Source: the human T2T-CHM13v2.0 reference genome, Homo sapiens
DNA: 64,000 nt
Direction: 5' to 3' (one strand)
Assembly: GCF_009914755.1 (NCBI RefSeq)
Contig: NC_060926.1
Part shown: one piece after another, positions 15,401-29,488 of the stretch
Numbering within the stretch: the first letter of the stretch is position 1
Layout: each line of letters begins with the position of its first letter
Translations under genes and position numbers: made by a program
Notes under the pieces: model-generated
What the model was told of the DNA's origin: nothing
The model's database searches: none
Seen by the model: the letters and a program-made list of their open reading frames with translations, nothing else

Positions 15401-18400
15401 CTGCTAGCTTTGAGGTTTGTTTGCTCTTGGTCCTCTAGTTCTTTTAGTTGCAATGTTAGGATGTCAATTTGAGATCTTTCTAGCTTTTTGATGTGGGCAC
15501 TTAGTATTATAAATTTCCCTCTTAACACTGCTTTAGTTGCATCCCAGAGATTCTGGTACATTGTCTCTTTGTTCTCCTTATTTTCAAAAAACTTCTTGAT
15601 TGCTGCCCTAATGTCATTATTTACCTAGGGGTCATTCGGGATATGGTTGTTCAATTTCCATGTACTTGTGTGATATTGAGTGAGTTTCTTAATATTGAGT
15701 TCTAGTTTAATTGTGGTCTGAGAGACTGTTTGTTATGATTTTAGTTCTTTTGCATTTGCTGAGGAGTGTTTTTCTTCCAATTATGTGATCAATTTTAGTG
15801 TAAGTGCCATGTGGTGCCGAGAAGAATGTATATTCTGTTGTTTTTGGGTGGAGTTGTTTTTGTGAGAATATATATTCTGTTGTTTTGGGGAGAGTTCTGT
15901 CGATATCTATCAGGTCCACTTTATTCAGAGCTGAGTTCAATTCCCGAATATCCTTGTTAATTTTCTTTCTCAGTAATCTAATATTGACAGTGAGGTGTTA
16001 AAGTCTCCCAATATTATTGTGTGGGAGAGTAAGTCTCTTGGTAGGTCTCTAAAAATGTGTTTTATGAATCTTGGTGCTCCTATATTGGGTGTGTATATTT
16101 TTAGGATAGTTAGTTCTTCTTTTTGAATTGAACCCTTTATCATTATGCAGTGTCCTTGTCTTTTTTGATCTTTGTTGGTTTAAAGTCTCTTTTGTCAGAA
16201 ACCAGAATTGCAACCCCTGCTTTTTTCTGCTTTCCATTTACTTGGTAAATTTTCCTTCATCGTTTTATTTTGAGCCTATGTCTATCTTAGCACGTGAGAT
16301 GGGTCTCTTGAATATAGCACACCAGTGGGTCTTGACTCTTTATCCAACTTGCCATTCTGTGTCTTTTTATTGTGGCATTTAGCCCATTTATTTAATAACC
16401 ATATTTAAGGTTAATATTGTTATGTATGAATTTGATCCTGTAATGATGATGCTGGCTGGTTATTCTGGAGATTTGTTAATGTAGTTGCTTCATAGTGTCA
16501 CTGGTCTGTGTACTTCAGTGTATTTTGAAGTGGCTGGTTTTTCCTTTCCATATTTAGTGATTCCATCAGGAGCTCTTTCAAGGCAGGCCTGGTGGTGTCA
16601 AATTCCCTGAGCATTTTCTTATCTGGAAAGGATTTTATTTCTCCTTTGCTTATGAAGCTTAGTTTGGTCAGATATGAAATTCTGAGTTGGAAATTCTTTA
16701 AGAATATTGAATATTGTCCCCTAAGCTCTTCTGGCTTGTAGGGTTTCTGCTGAGAGGTCTGCTGTTAGTCTGATGGGCTTCCTTTGTAGGTGAACTGGCC
16801 TTAATCTGAATTTTCTGGATTTGAATGTTGGCCTGTCTTGCTAGGTTGGGGAAGTTCTCCCGAATATCCTGAAATGTATTTTCCAACTTGGTTTTGTTCT
16901 CCCTGTCTCTTTCAGGTACCCCAATCAGTCATAGACTTCGTGTGTTTACATAATCCCATAGTTCTCAGAGGTTTTGTTTGTCACTTTTCATTCTGTTTTA
17001 TCTAATCTTGTCTTCCTGTTTTATTCCAGCAAGATAGTCTTCAAGCTCTGAGACTCTCTCCTCTACTAGGTCTATTCAGCTATTCATACCTGTGGTTGCA
17101 TTGTGAAGTTCTTCTGTTGTGTTTTTCAGCTCCACTGGGTCATTTATGTTCCTCTCTAAAGTGGTTATTCTGGTTAACAGCTCCTGTAATGTTTTATCAT
17201 GGTTCTTAGTTGCTTTGCATTGGGTTAAAACATGCTCCTTTAACTCAGCAAAGTTCATTATTACCCACTTCTGAAGCTTACTTCGGTAATTCATCCATCT
17301 CCGTCTCAGCCCAGTTCTGCGCCCTTCCTGGAGAGGTGTTACAATCATTTGGAGGAGAAAAGGCGCTCTGGGCTTTTGAATTTTCACTATTTTTGTGTTG
17401 ATTTTTTCTCATGTTTGTGGGTTTATGTATCTTCCTTCAATCTTTGAGGCTGCTGAACTTCAGATGGGTTCTTTTGGTATTTTTGTTTTTGTTGTTGTTA
17501 GTCTTCTTGTTGTTGTTGCTGTTTGTTTCTTTTTGCAATAGTCAGGCCCCTCTTCTATAGGGTGCCTGTGGTGGATGGGGGGTTCACTCAAGACCATTTT
17601 CACCTGTGTCCCCCACCCCGCAACTGGAGTTGTCACCATTGGAGGCTGCAGAAGAGCAAAGATGTCTGCCTGCTCCTTCCTCTGGGAGCTCCCTCCTAGA
17701 GGGGCAGTGATCTGATGCCACCAGAACTCTCCTTTATGAGGTGTCTGGTGACCTCTGTTGGGAGGTCTCACCCAGTCAGGCAGCACAGGATCAGGAACCC
17801 ACTTGAAGAAGCAGTCTGGCTTCTTGGCGGAGTGGGTGCACTGTGCTAGGGGCAGTCCCACTTGTCTGGACTGCTTGGACTTGGGAAAGACTAAGTCCCC
17901 TGAGCTCGGGATGTGGCTGCTCTTCTCCCCAGTGGCTCCTTCCCTCCCCAGTGGCTCCTTCCCTCCCCAGTGGCTCCTTCCCGGGGAGATCAGAGTTCTG
18001 TCCCTAAATCCCTGGCTGGAGTTGCTTAAATTCCTGCAAGGAGATTCTGTCCCATTAGGAAGGATGGATCCAGGCCCATCTAAAGAAGCATTCTGACCAT
18101 GATGTGCCACAGCCACTGCGCTGCGCTGTGGGGAATTCCTCCCAGTACAAATTGCCCAGTCTCCCTGGCACTGGCAGGGGAAAACGGCCGACTGGAGCCA
18201 CAGTGATGGCGGCCACCCCTCCCCCAGGGAACTCAGTCATCTTAGGCAGTCTCCATCCAGCTGTTGCTAATTATAACCCGAGCGGCCACTGAGAGTCTGC
18301 ACAGTTTTGCTCTTGGGACCCAGTGCCCTGGTTGTGTGAGTTCACGAGGGGATCTCCTGATCCACGGGTTGCACAGATCCATGGCAAAAGCGTGGATCTC

Positions 18401-18657
18401 CCTGGTGGGTTAGCACATTCACTCACTGCCTCCACTGGCTGCGGCAGTAGTTCTTCTTATTCCATGTGGCTCCTGGGTGGGCCATTATTCCACCCTGATT
18501 TTCCTTGCTCTCTGTGGGTCATGCCAACCACCTAGTCAGTCCCGAGGAGGGAACCTGGATACCTCAGCTGAAGATGCAGGATTCACTTGCAGTTTTCATT
18601 CTTGGTGGTAGCCACTGACTGGAGCTGCTTCTAATTGGCCATCTTGGTCCCTCCCCT
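12419..18657 (-). mobile_element. Full-length decayed LINE-1 (L1PA8-L1PA11 age class)
   Basis: 5'UTR start ggggagggaccaagatggcc on the - strand, ORF1 and ORF2 fragments in the ORF track ([44 protein letters not shown]), and a 3'UTR. TSD taaattcatttctt at 12405-12418 and 18658-18671 with a TT/AAGA endonuclease site. Many frameshifts and stops. Confidence 0.95.
17926..17982 (+). repeat. Perfect 3 x 19-bp tandem repeat (tccccagtggctccttccc) in the L1 5'UTR
   Basis: Three identical units read directly. Confidence 0.95.
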
Positions 18658-20379
18658 TAAATTCATTTCTTAATCATCTGTAAAAGGGTTTCAACTCCTC
18701 AGAAAATCAGACCCAAGGACATAGTTTACAAATGGAGATGAATATTTTCTGTTAAAGTCTTCATTTTACATGTTTCCTTTTTAAGATAGCCCTCTTCCAT
18801 AGATGAAATAGAAAATATCCTTCATCCTGTTCAAGAAACAGCCCACCATTAACCTATGTGCCAGGTCTTCATGGAGCTGCTTCGTCAGAATGCAAAAATG
18901 ACACAGCTGACACCAGTGCAATGGGAGGTACCATCATGATCTCCCTTCACAGAGTAACCAAGAGGGATAGGATTTATACAGTGAAGAAAACCACAATAGA
19001 AAATCATTGAAATACAAACTAAAAGTTAATTCAGGAAAAAAGTTTTCCCCTCACTAACAGGTTGAAGTGTCCAGAAATTTGTAATATTCACCTTTCTTTA
19101 TTAACAACGAAGTTTATACTAAAGTGCAAAAGCTGCTTGATCAACAATGCATTATTCTAACTTCAACCATTTGTGCATTGATTTTAATGCATGTTAGTTC
19201 ATTAGATAAGACAGTAACAGAAAAAGTTGGATGGGAAGATGAGATAGGAAAAGGCTTCTGGACTATGAACTGTTCATTAGCCCCTTGCTTTGAGGAGGTA
19301 TATGGTGAAATATTTTGGCTAAACAGAGGACAGCATAAATCAATAATTAGAACCCTAAGGCACCAGGTCTATGGGGAAGGGTTTAGGCAAGGCAGTTAAG
19401 CATTGCGAGAATAAAATGCAGAGCTCTAGTTCTTAATAATTAATAATACGATTTACTGAGACTATGAACAGACAGATGGCAAAATTGATAGAGCTAGACA
19501 TAGTTTAAGAGATCAAACATTTTGAGCATTAGTGCCTAAAATTCTTGGACAGATCAAACAGTGGTCATACATAAAGAATTCAAAAAACTAGAGATTTGGA
19601 CAGTAGAAGAAATGTGTAAAAGGCAAAAGAATCTCAAGAGTGGTAATTTTTTTTTCTTTATCATCTCTGTTCAGAAAATAATATAAAAAGGATCACAAGG
19701 GAGATGAAGCAGGAGAGCGTCCTCTGTGGCCAAAAGCATTTATCAATAACCTTTAGAGAGCACAGTGATATTATGGCAGGGTCAGGAAGAGCAATAGTTC
19801 TTTTAATATGATGATATTCAAGAGAAACTGCTGGGACTGTCGCCTGGCTAGCACTTAAGTATCTGTAGTGAACTTAGTCGTTTACCATTGAAAATGAGTA
19901 ATAGGCCTGTGTTAAAAAGATAACTCTGCTATACATTTAATATATAAAAGGGGGTAATGAAATTACATCCTTCTTCACCTTAACTGGATTTTGCTTGCCT
20001 CAAATTCAGTCAATGACCTTGAAAGTAAATGTCATACCCAAATAAGACTAGATCTAAAATGCACCTGAGAAGTTTCTAGGGTGAAAGTTTCACCTTCAAA
20101 GGCATGGAACTGGATAGATACACAGTGTCTACCATTGTCCTTCTCTCTTTTGGTCTTATAAAATATTATCACAGCCATTAAGATGAAAAGCTTTAGATTT
20201 TGAAATGAAGGGAAAGGTTAGGACCATTTAGTTTTGTCTATTCCATCTTTGCCTCCACCTGACTATATGGCTGATTAACTCAATTCATCTCTCTGGGGTC
20301 AGCTTGCTGCTTTAAAGGAGGTATTGGAGTTAATATGTTATGAAATAGCTTATTTTTTCTAAGACTTCAGGGTTCAGTG

Positions 20380-20770
20380 GGAGGCATGGCTAATGCCCAG
20401 TTTTCATGGCTCTTTTTATCTTCCCAGGCCCTGGTTGTTAGACATTCCATGTGACTAATTCTCAGTTGAGGTGACAGGGTTCATCTCCAGGCAGAAACAT
20501 AGAAAACCAAGGAGCAACAAAACCAAGTCCCCACAAAGCAGGGTGGAAAAACCGGGAGTGCTCATACTTTGCCACAGGGACCAAGGAGGTAGTGCATTCC
20601 ACATGATGCAGTCTCACGTGGTGGTCCCTCTATTGGCCTAGGTCTCCAGTGATATAGCAAATTTCACCTTCCAAACCACATTAGACATGTGTGAATGAGA
20701 AAGAAATCTATCATAAGCCACTGAGATATCAGGATTGTTTCCACAGAATAATCTAGACAATCTTAAGTAG
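20380..20770 (+). mobile_element. Old MaLR solo LTR (MLT1J/K-like)
   Basis: catgtgactaattct, gacatgtgtgaatgagaaagaaatct...aagccactgagat...ttgtttccacagaataatctag resemble late MLT1 LTRs. Boundaries approximate. Confidence 0.6.
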
Positions 20771-21539
20771 TAAATGTTCTCTAAAATGATTTCTAAATAT
20801 GACATGTTGTCTCATTCCTTTATTTCTGTATCCAAGGGTGTCATTTTGAAATCGTGACTACTGATAGTTTGTAAGAGCAACTTATAGAGATCGCATACTG
20901 AAAAGGGAAATAGTAATGCTTTTAAAAGTATTTTATAGTTCCATGGGATCATACAACTGGAAGGAATGTTTGAGCAACATTCATTCAAATTTTATTTTAA
21001 AGATAGAGAAATTATGGCCAAAAGACAAAAGATAAAGGCACAGATAAGAGCTAATGTCACTTTAAGATTATCTATATAAGACAAGTATTAATTAGAGTTC
21101 AATCTCTATGATTTTTCTAGAAAATAATAAGGCAACATATCAGGCTGTAGATATGTTTCCACATGTATGAGTCTAAGGCACCTTAAATTTTTAAAATGTT
21201 TTTAACTTTCTGAGGTAGATACTTTGGTAATTTTCTAATACTTCCCCTATTTTATTTGGAAAAAAAATTATTAAAGTACCGTAATTATTTCCTCTTTTCA
21301 AGCTTACAAAAGTTAGCTAAAAGAAAAAAAAAAATGTCAACTGGTCCTTTTAATAGGCGAGTAGAAATCAATGATGGACCCCCTGTTGCCATGATATAAC
21401 CATAAATCATTTTCAAAATGAAAATTAAAAAACAAAAATTTAAAAGTTCATTGAATCTAGATATTCCAATTTTAAATTGGGATGTATTAGGTGACGTTTT
21501 CTTGGTTATGTAACAAGTTAGTAGCAGAACTAAAACTAA

Positions 21540-21956
<417 letters not shown>

Positions 21957-22350
21957 TGAATGTCTTCTTTCTTTAATGTATTATATTGGGGTAGATTTCC
22001 CCATTGCTTTATAACATAGTACTTTTCTGTCTTTGAACTTTTTGTAAGCTAAAATGCTTATAATTAGAGATTTTTAGTTAATTAACTTCTTTTCACATGA
22101 AATTTCTCTCCTCTGCTGCTGTATTCTTTTTTATCTTGCTCAGTCTGGTGATAAAATTGATTTTTTATAAGAATTTATGATTAAGCTCACTTTTATTTGA
22201 TACTAATTTTCTGACTAATTCAGAGACAAGTGAAAAGATAAACTTATCTTCAATATTAGTTTAAGATGCAACTTTTTCTTCAAAGGCATGTTGCCTTATA
22301 GCAAGCAACAAAAGTGGTTAATAACTACAGTAGAGAGGGATAGTAATTTT

Positions 22351-23879
22351 GAGGCAAGATGGCCCACTAGACACAGCTCAGAGACTCTTCCGCTAAGACC
22401 ATCCAAAATATCTGTAAACCATCACACTTGAAATAGATGTTTTGAGAGAAAGCACTGGAAGTTGATAGAGAGGCAACAGACACCATTGTTGAAGAGTGAG
22501 AAAGCTGGAAAGCCTTTTTGGGGTCCTTTGGCACAAGGACTGGCCTTGGTCCCAAACCTGACCTAAGGGGCTAAGAGCCTGTATGCTGGCTCATACTCTT
22601 AAGTTCAACCTACTGGACTGTACCCTAAATTATACCACCAAATAAAAATGCATTGCTTCAACACACACCACCTGGGAAACCCACCACAGGAACCTATCTA
22701 CAACCAAGGAATTCACACAGATCTTTGGCCCGCTAAAAGCACCCAGAAATAAAGCCAATTGACTATATACAACATGTATCACAGTCAATTCGTCAAGGGA
22801 AAAAAGAATGTAAAAACAAAAATCCCTCTCCAGTGACAGCATGTTCAAAAACAAAAAGGCATGCCAGCTCCCTCAGATGAGGAGGAATAAGTAAAAGAAC
22901 TCTGACAATTCAAAAAGTGAGTGTTTTGTTACTTCCAAGTGATTGCAATAGCTCCCTAGCTGTAGACCCTAACCAGATTGAAAGGTCTGAAATGATAGAC
23001 ACAGAATTCTGAATCTGGATAGTGAAGGAGCTCAATGAGATCTAAGTTATATGTTGAAATTCAATCTGAGGAAGCCAGAGAAATAATACAAGATTTGAAA
23101 AATGGCACAGCTATATTAAGAACAACCAAATTGAACTTCTGAAATCGAAAATTCACTACAAGAATTTCAAAGTACATTTGCAAGCCTTAACAACAGACTA
23201 GACCAAACATAGGGAAGAATTTCAGAGTGTGAAGACTGTTCCTTCAAATCAACTCAGAGAAAAATGAAGAAATTAAAATGATGAACAAAACTTCCAAGCT
23301 ACCTGCAATTATGTAAAGCAACAAAACCTATGATGAACTGGCATTCCTAAGATAGGAGAAGAGAAAGTAAGCATCTTGGAAAACATATTACAGAAGATAA
23401 TCCATGAAAATTTCCCTCTGTCTTCCTAGAGAAGTCAACATGCAAATATAAAAAATTCTGATAAACCCTGTAACATATTATACAAGATAACAATCCTCAG
23501 TGCACATAGTAATCAGTCTTTCCAAGGTCAGTGTGAGAAAAAAATCTTAAAAGCAGCTAGAGAAAAGGACATACCATCTATGATGAGAAACTGATCAGGC
23601 TAACAGCAGACATCTCAACAGAAACCTTACAAGGTAGAAGAGATTGGAAGGCTATTTTTATCATTCTTAAGGAAAAGAACTTCTAAAAATAATTTCATGT
23701 CTGCCAAACTAAGTTTCCTAAATAAGTGATGGTGAAATAAAATCTTTCCCAGACAAGCCCTAGCTAAGAGGATTTGTTAGCAATGGACTGACCTTACAAG
23801 AGCTGTTTAATGATGTTCTAAACATAGAAATGAAAGAACAATAATTCCCACAAAACACATATATAGACCAAGGACCTAG
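22351..23879 (+). mobile_element. Old primate L1 (L1PA13-17/L1PB class) 5'UTR + ORF1
   Basis: gcaagatggcc start and decayed ORF1 phrases (aaaatcttaaaagcagctagagaaaagg, caggctaacagcagacatctcaacagaaaccttacaag). Interrupted by an ERVL LTR. Confidence 0.85.
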
Positions 23880-24636
<757 letters not shown>

Positions 24637-26960
24637 AGTCCACTCCTTGTCAACTTGAACCCATACACATCTCCTGAGATCATATATGATCTTCAAATAA
24701 AGAAAATAATAAGGCCATAATTACACCTAACATAATACAACTGTCCTTTGTACAACTAGAAACATACCAATCCCCAACTCAAATACTATTAAGCAAAGTT
24801 AACAATACTTAAATGTTGATATGAAGTCAATAAATCTTATGTCACATAATAAAGGAGAAAGGAAATAAAATGAAGATATTTTTGTAGTACAAGTGTACAC
24901 ATGCACAAACATGTTTTTAACAAAAGAAAGGAAATACTCATGAAAATTACAGTCCTCATTTCTGCAGCTGGTCGTGTGGTTGTAGCTGGTATTGATTATT
25001 TGCTCAAGAAATGAAACCACATTTGGTATAGCAGCTGCAATTGGAGTCACCACTTGGTTAAACTTAAAATAATCCACTTTCACTTTCTAAGATCCATCTA
25101 TCTTCTGCACAGGCCAAATGGGAAAGTTGAATGGGGATGTGGTGGGAACAACCACCCCGTGTCTTTCAAGTCGTTGATGGTGGCACTTATCTCTGCAGTC
25201 TCTCCAGGGATGCAACATTGTTTTTTATTTACTGTTTTTCTAGGTAGAGGCAGTAATGTCTTACATTTGACCTTTCCCACCATAATAGTCCTCACCTACC
25301 AGTCAGGAAGCCAATGTGGAAGTTCTGCCATCTGCTAATATGTCTATGCCAATTATACATTCTGGCACTGGGGAAATGACCACAGGATGAGTTCAAGGAC
25401 TTACTGTAAGTAAGACCTGAGAACTCCATTACTTACCTGACCTCTATAAGCTCCTACTTTAACAGGAGGACCACAGTGATGTTTTGGGTCCCCTGTAATA
25501 AATGTCAGCTCAGAGCCAGTGTCCAGTAGTCCCTGAAATGTCTGATCATTTCCCTTTTTCCAATACACAGTTACCCTGGTAAAAGGCCAGAGGTCTTCTT
25601 GGGGAAGGGTGGGAGGAAGATTAACAGCATACATTGCCGGTAGTGTACTGGGGTCCTTCCTCAGGGGGATCCAGCCTCCCCTTCATTCAAGGGGTTCTGG
25701 GTCTGTAAACTGGCTCAAGTCTGGAAATTGATTAAGGCCATGATTCTCTGGTTTTATATTTCAAATAAGTATTTTGTCCTTTCGGCCTAGAAGTTTTCTG
25801 CTTATATAAATTGAGTAGGAATGCAGTAGGCTTCCTGTCAATTTCAATTCTAGGAACACAGTGATTTATTAGCCAATGCCAGAGCTCTACACAAGTCAGA
25901 CTATTTTGATTGCTGCTTTACTTCTGCTGTCAATTACTGTAGGTATGCCCACCTTACCTTTGATGGTTGAGTGTTGCCACTTGGTCCCTGCCACCTCAGG
26001 ACCCAATTATTTCCATTGTATTTAAATTTTATAGTTGAGTGACTGCAGTTCCCACTATTAGATCTGACATACAGAGAAGAACAATTACAGGGCCCTTAAA
26101 AGATGGAGGTGCTGCCCTCACAAATATATTTCACAAGGCACTTGTCAAAGGTATATCTCCTAGATCCTCCCAGCTGGGATGAGTAGGTCTAAAGTGACTA
26201 ATCCACTCCACCATCCCAATCTCCCTAAGCCTTTGGATTCCTTCCTCTACATAAAACCAAGGAAGATCAGGCATTTCCAGCTCACTCACAGTGGGCCATC
26301 TTTTAATCCATATTTCTGCTAACCAAGCAAATAAACTATTAGAATCCTTTTTAACTCCCTGAGCTGCAACATTAAATGCAGAGTCATTACTTAGTGGGTC
26401 CAAATCAATAAATTCAACCTAATCCAACTCTATGTTTCTTTCACCATTATCTCATACCCTTAATATCCATTCCCATGCCTGTTCTCGAGATGTCTGCTTA
26501 TATAAATAAGAAAACTCAACCAGTTATTTTCAAGTGTAGTGCACCTCCTCATGGGTCACTGTCAACCTCACCTCTAGGGACCCACCAGGACTTTAGTTAC
26601 AGGTCTAGAAGCAAAAAGGGGTGTTGGGGGTGGCCCCTAAGGAGAATCAACATTATTTTTCCTGGCAACTGCCTTGGGGGAGGCCATCTCTGTTGCCTCA
26701 GGCAGCAGAGGGTTTATCTCCTCAGACAAAGGTGGAAAGGCTGATGACAGCATGGGTCGGGGAGGGGATGTTGATAGGGAAGCTGTTTCTTCTGGCAAAA
26801 TAAGGTTCATCAGAGTTTACAAATGCAGTGTCCTCAGCTTTGTTGGAGTCCTCTCACAAATCCCCATTCCACATTGCAGGGTCCCATTCTTTTCCAATCA
26901 ATGCCCTCACCTTAACAGTGACATCTGGCAAGGCTGTGCATGCACCTTTTGTTGCAGGTC
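24637..26960 (-). mobile_element. HERV-L internal region: partial gag, protease, RT N-terminus, large pol deletion, 3' end
   Basis: ORF fragments LFAWLAEIWIKRWPTVSELEMPDLPW (gag), FQGLLDTGSELT (aspartic protease DTG), KQCCIPGETAEISATINDLKD and NQVVTPIAAAIPNVVSFLEQI (RT start). All frames are broken. Confidence 0.93.
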
Positions 26961-28599
26961 AAGAAAGTCTTAATTCATTCCAGCATTAACACAAAAGTCC
27001 AAGTACAAAGTCTCATTTGGGACAAGGCAAGTCCCTTCTGTCAATGAGGCTATAAAATCAGAAGCAGGTTAGTTACTTCCTAGATGCCATGAAAGTACAG
27101 GCATTTGGTAAATACATCAGTTCCAAATGGGAGAAATTGGTCTAAAAAAGGGGGCTACAGGCCCCGCACAAGTCTACAATCCAACAGGACAGTCAAATCT
27201 TAGTTTTGAAATGATCTCCTTTATGTCTCATATCCAGGTCATGCTGATGCAAGAGGTGGGCTCTCACAGCCTTAGGGAATTCCACCATGTTGCTTTGCAG
27301 AGTATATCCCTTCTTCTGGCTGCTTTCATGGGCTGGCATTGAGTGTCTGTTGCTTTTCCAGGAGCATGGTGCAAGGTGTTGGTGGATCTGCCATCCTGGG
27401 GTCTGAAGGATGACGGTCCTCTTCTCACAGCTACTCTAGGTGGTGCCCCAGTGGGGACTCTGTGTGTGGGATCCAACCCCACGTTTCCCTTCTGTCATAC
27501 CCTAGCAGAGGTTCTTCAGGAGGGCTCCCACCATGTAGAAAACTTCTGCCTGGACATCCTGGTATTTCCGTACATTCTCTGAAATCTAGGTGGGAGTTCT
27601 GAATCCTCAGTTCTTGAATTCTGTGCACCCACAGGCCCATCATCACTTTTAAGTTACCAAGGTTTGGGGCTTGCACCCGCTGAAACAATGGCCTGAGCTG
27701 TATGTTGAGCCCTTTTAGCCAAAGCTGGTATGCAGGGCACCAAGTCACTGCATACCAGACTGCACAAAGCACCAAGGCCCTGGGCCCAACCCATGAAACC
27801 ATTTTTTTCCTCCTCAGCTTCTGGGCCTGTAATGAGAGGGGCTGCCATGAAGATCTTTGAGATGCCTGGAGACATTTTCCCCATTGTCTTGGTTCCTTGT
27901 TACTTTTGGTTCCTCGTTACTTATGCAAATTTACATTTTGGTTCCTTCTTACATTTGGTTCCTTGTTACTTATGCAAATTTACATTTTGGTTCCTTGTTA
28001 CATTTGCTTCCTTGTTACTTATGCCAATTTCTTCAGACAGCTTGAATTTCTCCTCAGAAAATGGATTTTTCTTTTTCTGTTGTATTGTTCAGGTTGCAAA
28101 TTTTCCAAAATTTTATGCTCTGCTTCCCTTTTAAATATAAATTTAAATTCCAGATAATCTCTTTGTGAATGAATGAAACTGAATGCTTTTAAGAGCACCC
28201 AAGGCACCTCTTGAAAGCTTTGCTGCTTAGAAAATTCTTCGGTAAGATACCCTAAATCATCACTTTCAAGTTCAAAGTTTCACAGATTTCTAGGGCAGGG
28301 GCACAATGCCCCCAGTCTCTTTGCTAAAACGTAGCAAGAGTCACCATTATTCTAGCTCCTAACAAGTTTCTCATCTCCATCTGAGACCATCTCAGTTTGG
28401 ACTTCAATGTTCATATCACTATCAGCGTTTTGGTCAAAGTCATTAAGCAAATCTCTACAAAGTTCCAAACTTTCCCACATTGTCCTGTCTTCTTCTGAGA
28501 CCTCCAAACTTTTAAAACTTCTTTCTGTTACCCAGTTCCAAAGTCACTTCCACATTTTATCTTTATAGCAGCACCCCACTCTCTGTGGCACCAATTTGC
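26961..28599 (-). mobile_element. THE1/MST-type MaLR internal sequence, nearly complete
   Basis: Typical MaLR-int text (caaagtctcatttgggacaaggcaagtcccttc; HRVPTGAPP...RRGPSSFRPQDGRST). Abuts the LTR with gcaaattggtgcc on the - strand. Confidence 0.92.
27889..28030 (+). repeat. ~3 x 49-bp tandem repeat with 17-bp substructure inside THE1-int
   Basis: Units start at 27889, 27938 and 27987: ttggttccttgttac-(a/t)tttggttccttgttac-ttatgcaaatttacatt. Confidence 0.9.
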
Positions 28600-28972
28600 T
28601 GTATTAGTCTAATTTCATACTGTGAAAGAGAACTTCCCAAGGGCTGGGTAATTTATAAAGGAAACTGGTTTAATGGACTCACAGTTCTGCGTGGCTACAG
28701 AGGCCTCAGGAAACTTACGATCATGGCATAAGCCACCTTCTTCACAAGGCAGCAGACAGAATTGCAAAGCAAAGGGTAAAGAGCCCCTCATAAAACCATC
28801 GTATCTCATGGGAACTTAGTAAGAACTTATTCACTATCATGAGAACAGCATGGGAAAAAAACATCCCCATGATTCCATTACCTCCACCTGGTCTCGCCCT
28901 TGAAACGTGGGGATGATGGAGGTTACAATTCAAGATGAGATTTGGGTGGGGACACAAATCCTAACCATATCA
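28600..28972 (-). mobile_element. THE1D-like 5' LTR
   Basis: On the - strand TGATATGGTTAGG...GTGTCCCCACCCAAATCTCATCTTGAATTG...GACTAATACA; contains gaggcctcaggaaacttac. Confidence 0.9.
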
Positions 28973-28986
28973 ATAGAGAACCCAGA

Positions 28987-28990
<4 letters not shown>

Positions 28991-29032
<42 letters not shown>
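28991..29032 (+). repeat. (CA)21 microsatellite
   Basis: Perfect dinucleotide run. Confidence 0.97.
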
Positions 29033-29035
<3 letters not shown>

Positions 29036-29183
29036 CTATAAGCCACAGATCTTTCACAAGGTTGAGAAAAATAAGCAATGGGAAATGGTTTTCCTATTTT
29101 TAAAAAATGGTGCTAGGAAAACTGGCTACCCATAGGCAGAAGAATGAAACTACACTCAGACCTTTCACCATGTACAAAAATTA

Positions 29184-29488
<305 letters not shown>

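Noticed and set aside
17460-18116. 218-aa ORF on the - strand (and 112-aa ORF on +)
   Set aside because: Lies wholly in the GC-rich L1 5'UTR, includes the 19-bp repeat, and has no recognisable domain; most likely a chance open frame.
18786-18928. Possible + strand exon after the polypyrimidine tract tttcctttttaag
   Set aside because: Stops appear in all three frames within 21 nt and the donors are weak (gtcttc, gtacca); no support.
27889-28030. CRISPR-like repeat-spacer appearance
   Set aside because: The 'spacers' are themselves repeated, the context is a primate MaLR, and there are no cas genes; it is a tandem duplication.
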